Below, in pieces: positions 12,990 through 25,100 of a stretch of DNA of 64,000 nt. Positions within the stretch are counted from its first letter, which is position 1. Every line of letters starts with the position of its first letter. The stretch comes from Lytechinus pictus. Its lineage: Eukaryota. The position numbers and the translations under genes were made by a program. The stretch is taken from positions 7,566,001-7,630,000 of the forward strand of contig NC_087250.1 of the NCBI RefSeq assembly GCF_037042905.1, written 5' to 3'. A model generated the notes under the pieces. That model did no database searches and was not told the origin of the DNA. It saw only the letters and a program-made list of their open reading frames with translations.

Positions 12990-13586
12990 AGGGACACATA
13001 CTAGCATACCGTTTTAGATAAGGGGGTGTGGCGGCGCCGGTGGCGGCGACAGCTACCCAAAGTGAAAAATATATTATATGAGTGGTGTACGTGCATATTA
13101 ATTATATAAGATAATTTTTTGATGGGGACAAGAGGGAGCAAATGTTTTAAAAGGAGTATATAAGAGAACAAAAATGACTGACATTAAAATACAAACAAAT
13201 CTATTCAGCTGGATTTCTACATAGAATTTAGAAATGTTTTGTTTCTCTATTTCCTTTCTTCATCTCTTTTTAAACGGTTTGTGAAACTTTTGTTGACCAT
13301 ATGGCCCTGAAGCGCACCCTCCCCCCATCTTTACGCCAGTACTATATGGTATATTTTTTCTATCCAATGGTTAACATTCAACCAATCAAATCAAGGAATT
13401 TATTGAAGTAATGGCAAAGTTTTATTTTTTTTTTTATAAAAACGGACCAGGATGACTACTTTGTAAAAGTTTAAGTGATCACCTGAATATATGTAGACCT
13501 CTGTCGATCACCCCTCCCCCAAGGTTTTTTTTTTTTTTTTGCATTCAATAACTACAGGGGAAAATGAAGTTTTTGTTGGGATGGAC

Positions 13587-13628
13587 CATAGAGATGCATA
13601 TTAATTATTATTAGTATATATCTCTATG
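13587..13628. mobile_element. 42-bp palindromic mini-element of the same family with 8-bp target-site duplication
   Basis: GGATGGAC|CATAGAGAT...ATCTCTATG|GGATGGAC. Confidence 0.8.
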
Positions 13629-13637
13629 GGATGGACC

Positions 13638-13711
13638 CACTAGCGTACCTACGGGGGGGGGCAGGGGGCAGTCTGCCCCCCCTCCCCCCCCCCCCCTGAC
13701 GAGCTTGAAGA

Positions 13712-13752
<41 letters not shown>

Positions 13753-13838
13753 TGTCACGTTTTTTTCTGGTACAAAATCCTTTATTTGTCGGACGGTTTT
13801 GCCCCCCCCCCCTGTGGAAAATCCTAGGTACGCCACTG
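13638..13838. mobile_element. hAT-like MITE with 8-bp target-site duplication GATGGACC
   Basis: Termini CACTAGCGTACCT...AGGTACGCCACTG flanked by GATGGACC on both sides. Confidence 0.75.
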
Positions 13839-15992
13839 GATGGACCTTACAAAATGGTCCAGATTATAGTGGCAGTGAGGCTGCTGGCGAAGGGGGGGGG
13901 GACAGGTGGAAATGAAACAGAGATTGATAAGTAAATGATATGCAACAAAATATAAAGGTAGTCTCCTTTACATGGATGGTAACCGGGGATGAAATATAAA
14001 TTGCGGCAATAAATATTGCACTTAATCAGTTGTCAATCCGATTGTTTTAGTTCTTGGTAGAAAATTTGTAATTAAACCTAGTTTAATATAATACAAAAGA
14101 AAGAACAAGTGGGGATATATGACATCGTCAGCAGGGGCCGCGGAAGCGGGGGGCTTAAAAAAACCATGTACAAAAACGTAAAAATTACCATACGATAGTG
14201 ATTTTTTGCATGGTCAGCCCCCCTCCCCACTTTTGGCTCAGCTCCCCCCCTCCCCACTTTGAAAACCGTCATGAATATTAATTAGGTGGGTTGATGATGT
14301 CACATCCTCACTTTCCTTTTTCGTATGTTATTACATGACTCATTTTTTCATACATGTGTAAATGATGTGTCTCCATCATGATGAAATAAGTTGCGGCAAT
14401 AAATAACTAATGCACTTAATCAGTTGTCAATCCAAATGTTTTAGTTCTTGGTAGAAACATTTTGAATAAACCTTATTTCATATAATAAAATACAAAAGAA
14501 CAAGTGGGGATATGACATCATCAGCCCACCTAATGAATATTCATATAGAACATGACTAGAACTGTTTCACAGAATAATGCAAATCTTTAAAATTCAATGA
14601 CTTCGTTATTTGTTATCTGATTTTGATGAAATTTTCGCTTTGTGAATTTTACTCTATTTGGAGAGATATAAATATCTCCAGCCTGGACCATCCCTTTAAT
14701 ACTATCGTGATGAAAAGGAATTACAATGCAGACTGGAACCGAATCCTGTTTATGTGATTTGTTCAACTGATAAACTATAATGTTTATTCAGTTAGAGGGC
14801 GCACTCATGTTTTCTATCTCTCATCCCCTCCATTCCCATCTCCATCTGTCTCTTCCTCATTATCGTATCTGTCTCCTCCCCTTACCACCCCCTCCTTTCA
14901 ATCTGATGATCTCCCAATTTTCTTATCTGTCTCCTCCCCCTTCCTTCCCCTCCCCCCTTAATATCTTTTCCCTATTCTCTCATTATCTGCCTCCTCCTCC
15001 TCCCTTCCCCTTCTCCATCTGTATCCTCCCCATTCTATACCTGTTTCCTCCCCCTCCCCCTCTGTCTCCTCTTCCTTCCCCTTTCCCTCTCTCTCGATCT
15101 CCACCCCAATCTTTGATCTGTCTCTCCCCCTCCCTTCCCCCATCTCCCTCTTTGGGTCTACCTCATCCCCTCCATTTCTCTCAGCATTCTCCTTCCCTCT
15201 CTCTCCCCCTCTCTTTGGTAAATTACCAATTCATCCACTCCCAACTTGTCCACTCACCAAATGGTCTAATTTGATTTAGTCTAAGGCCATTCCGTCCATC
15301 AACATTTCGTCTAACAACCATTTGGTCCAATCAACACTTCGTCTAATCACCAGTTCGTCTGTGACCATTTCGTCTCAAATCCAGTTAGTCTAATATCCAT
15401 TTCATTTTCTGCACAATTAACACCTAGTCCAATTAGACCAAATGGTTTATGGACTAAATGGCTATAGGATGAACTTGTTTTTAGACGAAATGGTAATTGG
15501 ACAAAATGGCAATTAGACCATGTGGATAGTGGACGAACTGATGGTAGACTACATGATAGTAGACAAGTTGGCAATTGGACGAATTCCACATTTGTTCGCC
15601 CAAAGTAACAACTTATATTTTCTCCCAATGGGAGCCTAATTTTTTACAAGCTCTGCTTTTTATTTAGGCTCCTCACTTTTTTTTATATTTTGTAGTGTAC
15701 CTTATGTTTAAATACTTGTTAGATATTTAATTTGATCTTTGATATACTATGTTTACGGATACATTTGTTATGTATATTGCGTTATTTGTTTTAAAAGTGG
15801 AATCAATAAATGAATGAATGAATTGGCATTAAACCAATTGGAAATAAAGACTTTCTTTCCCTTCCTCCCACCCCTCTTCCTCTCGCTCTCCTTCTCTATC
15901 TCCCTCTCATCTTTTCTAGTTAAGGTAAATCTGCCAAGATCTAATCTCTATGAACCATATAAACCTTTTCGAATGAGGCAAATTTGACTTGG

Positions 15993-16960
15993 AGGCCACC
16001 GCACACCTTACGACTGACCCACGGTCAGATTTTGGAACAAATCGCATTTTGCTCTTTTTCCGAAAATGTGAATAAAAAGTACATTTTTATTTGAGGTTCA
16101 AACTAACTGAAAGAATACTCATATAACAATGTTGTTTAATTGCAAGTCTTTATTTTGGAGTAAAGGCCGAATCAGTTTCAAATCGTACGATTGCTATGAT
16201 GTAATCAAATTTGCTTTTATTCTAATAAGGATGATAGTATAGTCATACAATTGAATGTAAGTATTCGTAAGATGATTTAGAAAATGACAAAGTGAGATGT
16301 TCCATGTTTCAATATTAGCATCAAATTCTACTACGTTTTATTCCAACATCGGGTCGCAGACCAAACTTAAAGGAGAATGAAACCTTTGGAACAAGATTGC
16401 TTGTATGAAAACAGAAAAATCAAAGAAACAGATCAACGAAAGTTTGAGAAAAATCGGACAAATAAAGTTATGAGCATTTGAATATTGCGATCACTAATGC
16501 TATGGAGATCCTCACATTGGCACTGCGACAAAGATGTGTGATGTCACTTGTGAACAACTCTCCCCATTACTTTAGCATATATTTCATTCAAACTGCCTCT
16601 TTTTTCACATCTATCAGTAGATATGTGTTCTTTCTATAGGAGGGCATGTAATACAGATTTTTAAAGAATACATCATGGATAAACAATTTGTATCACCATA
16701 AGAAAAAGAGACATTTTGGGGGTATTTTAGAGTCCATCAAAGGGAAAGATGTTCATTAGTGACATCACAAATCCTTGTCGCATTGCCAATAGGAGGATCT
16801 CCATGGCATTAGTGATTGCAATATTCAAATGCTCATAACTTTCTCATTATTTGTCCGATTTTTCTCAAATTTTCTTTGTTCTTATTCTTAGATTTTTCTG
16901 TTTCGAAACAAGCCTATTCGTTCCAAAGGTTTCATTCCCCTTTAAGGTGTGCGGTGGCCT
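15993..16960. mobile_element. MITE with GGCCACCGCACACCTTA termini carrying a nested TTAA-flanked MITE (16371-16941)
   Basis: The outer family has an uninterrupted copy at 62873-63285. Inner element: TTAA|AGGAGAATGAAAC...GTTTCATTCCCCT|TTAA. Confidence 0.8.
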
Positions 16961-17063
16961 TTACTATTTAGTAACACATATTTTACATGTTCTTGTTTAA
17001 AACAGCCTTCCACACTCATGTTTTATAATTGGAATATTCAAGATCTAAACTACTAGTAGTTAA

Positions 17064-17607
17064 AGGGATGCTCCAGGCTGAAGATATTTATATCTCAATA
17101 AATGAAGTAAAATTCACAGAGCAAAATGCTGAAAATTTGAACAAATTCAGAAAACAAATAACAAAGTTATTGAATTTTAAAGATTTGCATTATTCCGGTG
17201 AAAGACATATTCATGTCTTCATGAATATTCATTAGGTGGGCTGATGATGTCATATCCCCACTTGTTCTTTTGTATTTTATGATATGAAATGAAAGAACAA
17301 AAACAATTGGATTGACAACTAAGTGTATTAGTAATTTATTGCTGTAACTTATTTCATCATTACGGAGACACATCATTTAAACATTTATGAAAAAATGAAA
17401 CAAATATGATTTCATGTAATAACATAAGAAGAGGAAAGTGGGGATGTGACATCATCAGGCCACCTAATGAATATTTATGAAGACATGCCTAGAAGCGTTT
17501 CCCTGTTTACAATTTTTAATCCAATTTTTATGAAATTTTCAGCATTTTGCTCTGTGAATTTTACTCTATTTATTTAGATATAAATACTCTCAGCCCGGAG
17601 TATCCCT
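17064..17607. mobile_element. Kolobok-like non-autonomous DNA element (TTAA TSD, AGG...CCT ends)
   Basis: TTAA|AGGGATGCTCCAGGCTG...CAGCCCGGAGTATCCCT|TTAA; related copies near 14270-14700 and 48391-48965. Confidence 0.7.
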
Positions 17608-18512
17608 TTAACAGAAATTGACACAAAACATCAAACAACATAAACAGGTCATGCAGATTATATTTGATTTACCTGCAAAGCATATATTACGATTTATTGA
17701 ACCATAATTCTGCATTTTTAATGTTCATGATGCCAAAATGACATCTTCGGTTTTTCTGCTGCATATGCGTACCTAGACCCACGAGCGGATCCTCCAGGGA
17801 GGGAGGGTGCCTTGTCCACCACCCCCCCCCCCCCCGAGTCTTAACCACGAAACCAAGACACCCCCACGTGCAGCAATATGCAAGTCAGGTACGCAAAGAT
17901 GTGATAGTAGCATGGATATGAAACACAATTGAAGACAAACACATACACGTATATACACACAATATAGAGTAGTATAAAGTTTAGAGATGTACAATGTCAA
18001 ACAGATGAAGTAATGCCAAAAGTACACTTCGGACGGCGAGAGAGGGAGGGGAGGGGCGTGGGGGATATTATGCAATAAGCTGCACAAAGACTTATTACGT
18101 CATTGGGTAACTTTATTCACTTCATTAGTACATGAATTCTTATTAAATGGGGGAGGGTGTTTGTATGACTTTGAGTAGCACTAAAATGCAGACGCGTACA
18201 TGATATGCAACGCGCAATCTTATTGATCACTACACAGTAGTGCACATTCTCTCTTGGCATGATCTGACAAATGCGGTCTTGCCTTTTATAGTGCACGTAA
18301 CCAGGAATTTAAGTGCGACTTTAAGTCATACATATATCTTTGTGAAACATCCCCCTGGAAACATATTTCTCTTGAAAATTTGTTTAAAAAATGATCTAAT
18401 AATAAAATGCCACATTTATATAGCTCTTCAATTTAATACAATGTTTCTGAAAGCTGCATTTTATTACACCGACAACTTTCCTACCACATACCCATTTCCT
18501 AGACCTACACCT

Positions 18513-18774
18513 GGGCCCCGCCTTACAAAGAGTTACAATTGATTCAATAAATCTCAACTGTATGGAAATCCATCCATACCATCATTTTTTCGACAGGAAA
18601 TCAGCTCAATCTCCTTGGTAAACAATGAGAATCTTCAAGAGAATGATGAATGTATGAATAGACATCATATCTAGAAAATATTTGGAACAAATTTGCATTT
18701 TAGATGTTGATGTTGCTGGCCGTCCATAGTTGTGGTTGATTGGATCAAGCATAACTCTTTGTAAGACGGGGCCC
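18513..18774. mobile_element. MITE family with GGGCCCCGTCTTACAAAG terminal inverted repeats (about 270 bp)
   Basis: Further copies at 19398-19673, 19676-19946, 26093-26343, 32725-32997 and about 60665-60911. Confidence 0.8.
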
Positions 18775-19397
18775 TGGGTGGAGAGTGGCAAATGTAGATA
18801 AATGCCTTGCCAAAGGATGAGAGTGATGTGGTGGGATTTGAACCCTAGACCTTGTTGTTCAAAGTCTGGAGACGCATCCACTGAGCAAGGTAGGAAATAA
18901 TTTTTATTTTTAAGGGGCTATCTTTTTTTTCCACAGTGGGGGCGATTGTGAAATTTTGGGGGCTATTTCTTTCATTTCCAGGGCTACGTTTTACGGGCAA
19001 CAAGCACTTATGCAGTAAATGCAAATATTATTCTGCCATAGTTAGAATGTTGATTTTCTAAATAATCTTGCATAGTTTTTGTGACAGATCTTGGGGCGAC
19101 TCTAGAAAGAATGGTCGCCCCAAAGCAGGCATTTTGGGGGAGTGTTAGGGGCTATTTGTGCTGTCATGTGGCCCTCATGTGTTTCCTCAATGCCACTGAG
19201 CCACAGCAACTCTACAATTACACTCAGATGTTAGAAATAAACATTTGTAAGAGACATGATTCTCAAGTACTGGGGACTGTAAAACAAAACTTTTCAATTG
19301 ATCATACAATCAATTTCACAATTGTACATTGTCGCCAATGCAATCAATTGTAGAAATTGGTTCAATGATAAGTTTAGTGTTAAAGGGTCCACAACAA

Positions 19398-19946
19398 GGC
19401 CCCGTCTTACAAAGATTTGCGATTGATCCGATCAATCGCAACTATGGATGGCCTGCAACGTCAACAGGTATTATGCATGTTTGTTCAAAATATTTTCTAG
19501 CTACATGTATGATGTATATTCATTCATTGTCATCTTAAAATTCACTGCGCTTCTCTTTGTTTACAAAGGACATTGCGGAACTTAATTTCCTTTAGAAAAT
19601 ATTACAACATTGATGGATTTCCATATAGTTGCGATTGATCGGATCAAACGTAACTCTTTGTTATACGGGGCCCAAGGGCCCCGTCTTTCAAAGAATTGCG
19701 ATTGATCCGATCAATCACAACTATGAAAAGCCAGCAAAATCAACATATAAAATGCAAGTTTGTTAAAAAAAATTCTAGATATGAAAGTATATCCATAAAT
19801 TCATTGATTTCTTGACAATTTGGTGTGTTCTCCTTTGTTTACAGAGGACATTTTCAAATTTCCTGTAGAAAAATTTATGACACTGATGGATTTCCATAGA
19901 GTTACGATTGATTGGATCAATCGTAACTCTTTGTAAGACAGGCCCC
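19398..19946. mobile_element. Two adjacent copies of the GGGCCCC MITE
   Basis: Two complete TIR-bounded units separated by about 2 bp. Confidence 0.8.
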
Positions 19947-21018
19947 TGTTGTGTTATCCATTTATCTAATCTGTCTTACAACTGAAGTTGGATTGCACTA
20001 ATATTTTACAAATAAAACAAAATATACATAAAAGTCATGGAGACGTTTTGAGCTAAAATAACCACATAGCTTTCATAGAGTCAAGATAAAACCGCTTTCG
20101 TTTTTCAAACTGACAGCCATTACTTTGTCTATTCATTTCCTTGCTTTAAGATAATAAATATGAATATATCATCAGTCAAAATGTATACTAGCAAAATGTT
20201 AACAATACATTGCCAATTTGCATTTTTAACAGTGATTTTTTCTTTTCATTTTAATAGTGTGGCCAATTCAAAATGTGTAGTGGTTTAACTTATTATAAAT
20301 TAGTGGTTTTTATTTAGGAACAGCTCCACATACTTATAATAGTGAACTCATAAATAGCCCATCAAGGATTGCGTCGGAAATTACGCTAAATCCTTAAAAT
20401 TTGTATGCCCATGCATATTCACAAGGCATAGTCTGACTAAATAAACCATATCATAATATCATTCCCATAAGCTTTGGGCTTGGTAGGTTATCATGAAAAA
20501 AAAAGGGAACTAGTCTGAAGTCATCAGACTGCGTGCCGTCTCTAGCTTTGCTCTCCTCCATTCTATATATGTCCGTCAGTTTAACAGTTTTGGCACTACT
20601 CACTTTCTTGTTCAAAATCACCGATGTCTAAGACATTTTCCGCAAAGGAGGCCACCATATCATGCATTAGATGTTGCCACAGAGGGCGCTTTGCATATCT
20701 CATGTAAAAGTCACAAAGCAAATCGGAAATATAATGAAGTCATATAACGATAGACTGTACGGATTTCACTTGCGCTTGCTGCAGAAAAAAAGCACTCATC
20801 ATGGCGACCCCCGTTCATGGAAGACCCGGAAAAACCCGGAAAATATAACTAAAGAAGTACAACATTCCAATCCCACTTTCATCATTTAATTTCATTGATA
20901 TAAGATTAAATTAGAGAGCCAATACCGTGGGAAAGAAGAAATAAATAAACATGTGCTACCAAACGTCATACAATTACAAGCTCTCTGTACACTTAATTTC
21001 AGGAAGTCAAAACATCAA

Positions 21019-21441
21019 GGCCCAAATTCACAAAGGTGGTTTGAAAACCCACGGTTGAGTCCATGGTTTATGCAGATTTCCTGTATGAATTACGATTATT
21101 TTACCGCATATATCATAAAATGTCCAATGCTGATGCACACTTTTGTCACAGTGCGCCAAATTGATGCCTGTTGCCGTGGTTATCCACGCTACTTTATTCA
21201 TGAGTCCACTGTTTTGAATTAATGAGTTCACTCTATAAACAATGGACTCATGAATAAAATAGCGTATGTAACCATGGTAACAGGCGTCAATTTGGCGCAA
21301 TGTGACAACAGCGCGCATCAGCATTGGAAATTTTATACACACGCCCGATACGCGCCAAATTGAGCGTAATTTATACAGGAAATCTGCATATACCATGGAT
21401 TCAACCGTGGGTTTTCAAAACCACCTTTGTGAATTCGGGCC
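21019..21441. mobile_element. Palindromic MITE (GGCCCGAATTCACAAAGG termini)
   Basis: Long inverted arms; second copy at 34650-35072. Confidence 0.8.
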
Positions 21442-21539
21442 TAATTGTTTGCGTCCAGGAAGCTTTCGGGCGGGATACGGGTACCTGGGACTCGTAGACA
21501 GGCTGAGGAATCATACGTTGAATGTCATAAATCTCAGGT

Positions 21540-22100
21540 GTGCATCTCCAATGGCATAATCATTATCAAGTACCTGTCAATGCTTTGCTAAAGGGTTTGG
21601 GAACCATTCTATTCCTGTCTAAACAGAGAGTGGTAACCCATCTCACTTTTTAAAGATCTGCATCTCCCATGTTTTATGCACTAACAAGTGTCCTTCACCA
21701 TCTTGTGCAAGGGTTTGGTTACCATTCACAAGCTGACATATAATCAAAGACTGGTAACCCATTTCATTTCTCAGAGAGAAAGTACATCTCCATTGGTTTA
21801 TGCACAAACAAGTGTCCATCACCATCTTGTTCCAAGGTTTGGTCACCATTCAATAGCTGTCATATACACAAAGACTGGTATCCCATCTCACTTCATAGTG
21901 AGGAAGTACATCTCCAATGGCCTGTTAACTTTCCAGTGTCTCTCATTATCAAGGGTTTGGTTACCATTAAATTGCTGTCATATAAACAAAGACTGGTATC
22001 CCATCTCATTTCTTACCGAGAAAGTACATCTCCAATGGCCGATTCACTTTCCAGTGTCTCTCGTTGACTTGTTCGAGGGTAAGGTTACCATTCAATGGCT
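21540..22100 (-). repeat. Tandem array (5 units of about 120 bp) of the RING1 last exon with its acceptor
   Basis: Units align to the exon [26 protein letters not shown] and its flanks. Confidence 0.9.
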
Positions 22101-25100
22101 GTCAAGAAATAAAAGGGGATACAATCATGCATTGTTAACTTGTTGATATTTCTTGACTTTCTGTTTATTTGTTTGCTTTTATTTCTGCGTTCAAAATGAT
22201 ACACAAACCAAATGAAGACTTTGCGAAGATTTTGTGAACATCACTCATTTTGGTAAGTTCCTGCACACATCGTCAGCATAAACATAATTTTTCTTCAAAT
22301 TTTTGAAATTTAGTAATTTGCATATTCTGAAAGCCTATCATTAACTTTATAGAAGTAGCAAAGTTCACATCAAAATCCTATTATTCAAAGAATAAGAGCA
22401 TATTTATATTTCACACGACTGGTGAATCCCTTGCTTTGATTTTACGAAGCGGCATAAACCATCCTTTCTGTACTAAAGCAGTCTCCTGAATGGCGTGCAG
22501 AGGTAAAAATTCCTGACCTAGAAGTTGCGCGTATCCAGTCCGTATGCATTGACAGAATTTAAAACTTGGCAATAAAAACCATGCGCATTGTACGCATGAT
22601 TTTCTGAAGTGACATATAAAACTCTCAATATTGGAAATGAAGCACAAAAATTCAGACTGCGAACAAAATTTTGCATATATAATAAAAGGATAGAAAGTTT
22701 GCTTTAAATTGGTATAAATAATTGCTCTGGTTGCTTTCAAAGTGCGGAATTATGAGCGTATAAAAAACATTCAAACTTTGAACAAGATTATCTTGAAATC
22801 GTGTTTTGGAGACCAGCCGAGGTTTATGCCGGTTCGTAAAATCACTGAAGATATGACAAGCTTTTGAACAATGCTTGAGAAAGGGCTTTAAGGAAAGTCC
22901 TGCTTCCTGTCACACAAAGGTTAGCAATTAATCGTATGCTCGATTTTTTAGGATTGATTGTATGATGGGAGGGGGGACCTAAAGCTACACACTTTGTTTT
23001 CAAACGATAAAAACTATGCCAATTTTAATATTTGAACAAATTATCTTTCACTAATTTGTAATAAATATCCTTAACCAAGAAGAAAATGTATCACAAAACT
23101 CACTAATAATACGAAAATCCCGCCGTGCTTTCCGAACACCTCTTGATTTCGCCGCCCAATGTAGAAGGGGTCCTAAAGCTACGCACTCGATTTATCATGC
23201 AAAGAAATAGTATTTCCTGCACCTCAATTTATAAAATATGTCCGTATTATTACAGTGAAATGTGAAATTAAAGTGAATACAACTCCAAAACATTTGCTGG
23301 TTTTCTCTGCATTCAAGAATTTATTGCAGCCTCTGTAGCAAAAATGAATAGGGATCGTTCGTCACTCGGCAGTCACAGCTTCACACACAGAGCTTGAGTG
23401 CGCATTTATTTTGCCATTGAAATTGTATGCGCAATGGAGTGGTGCATAGCTTGAGGACCCCCTACCATATATTGTAGTCAATGCAATCAATCGTAACAGT
23501 ATTCTTCTAGGATGATTACTAATCTTTGTGTTACGGGGACCCTGAACTGACCTGGAATTGACATGGTGATGGACTGATGAAGATCGTGAACTCTCCGCAG
23601 TTTCCTTCGTTCTGATTGGACGAACTCTGACTATCCATTGAACCGGCATCTACGGTAGAACGCAAGAACAAACAACAAATTAATTCATGATACCTTGATA
23701 GAGGGGACAATACAGTCGTTTTCTCGTGTGTTCCCTAGATAGGAAAAATAATATAAGATTTATATAGCGCACGTATCCACCTTGTTAGGTGCTCAAGGCG
23801 CTCCTATACTACCACGGCTTTGCTAGTTGGGACCTTATGGTCAGAGCAATATTTCCCCGGCTTTTCGCAGGGACCCCGACCCCCCGCTTTTGCAGGGTAC
23901 TTTCCTTTACCAGAAGGGTGTTTCAGGGCTTACTGACTCTTTATAAGACACAAAAATACAGACTATTTGAAATTTTAGCAAATCCGTCCGTATCAGTGTA
24001 TGTCACTGATACAAATATTACTAGATCATGTGAATGGGTATGCTCCAGGCAACAAACAATTTTGTTTATCTTCGGGGGCTATTCTTCACAGCTTACTGTC
24101 TAAATCTGCTACATTGGATAAGCTTTAATGACATTGCAATGAATGGGGGTTTTCAGGGCTCCTTTTTATCAGTTTCCAGGGATCTTTTGAGGATTTCAAG
24201 GGGCAAATCCGTGTATTTTTTCCCTGAACAGTCATTATATTGACAGATGTGAATAAAAATATTTAAGCAATTTTATACGAAAATAGATTGGCTTCCTGAT
24301 CGAAATGAAATATGTGGAATAGGCTGAAAATTTGAAGATTAATTCTTTGTACACGGCTTCCTGATATCCACATGCTAAATTTTTAAGACATGTATTCAAA
24401 TTTCATTTCTTAAAGGAAAAAAAAGGAACAATGTCAAGAATTATTTGGCAAGGTGATCGAGGAAAGCAATATGTATTGCAAATTTAATGATCGTAATAAC
24501 CTCTTAGTTTGAGAGTGATCCTTACAAATTAAAAACAGGCTAGATTTTTCTTTTCCGGTAGGGCTACTGGAAACAATTAAAAACTAATAAAGGCATTTTG
24601 TATTGCCAATTTACTGATCACACTCAATAATTAGATTGAAAGCAAATTACACATTACAGAATTTTAGCTTGAGTTTGCATGTTTGTGTTATTACAAAAGG
24701 TTATGAATATTTACATCTGGGACCAATTGGACCAAGACTATAATCACAAGAAAATAGAAGTATTATGTATTGCCAATTTACTGATTGTACTACCCTCTTA
24801 GTTCGAGAGCAAACTTTATAGATAAATATTTGGCTAGGTGGAAAATAAAGCATCATGTATTGCCAATTTAGTAATCATACTAACCTTTTAGTTCAAGAGC
24901 AATCCTCATGGACAGATACTTGGCTAGGGGGTCAATAAACGCATTGTGTTGCCAATTTACAGATGACATGAATCTAATGGATGTGTTTGGCTAAATATTT
25001 GGCCTGAATGTTTATGGAATTCATATGCATTGCCAATTTAGTAATCATACTAACCTCTTAGTTCGAGAGCGATCCTCATGGATAGGTACTTGGCTAGGTG

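Noticed and set aside
23362..23649. 95-aa ORF MPVQWIV...
   Set aside because: Wrong frame of RING1 exon 23649-23552.
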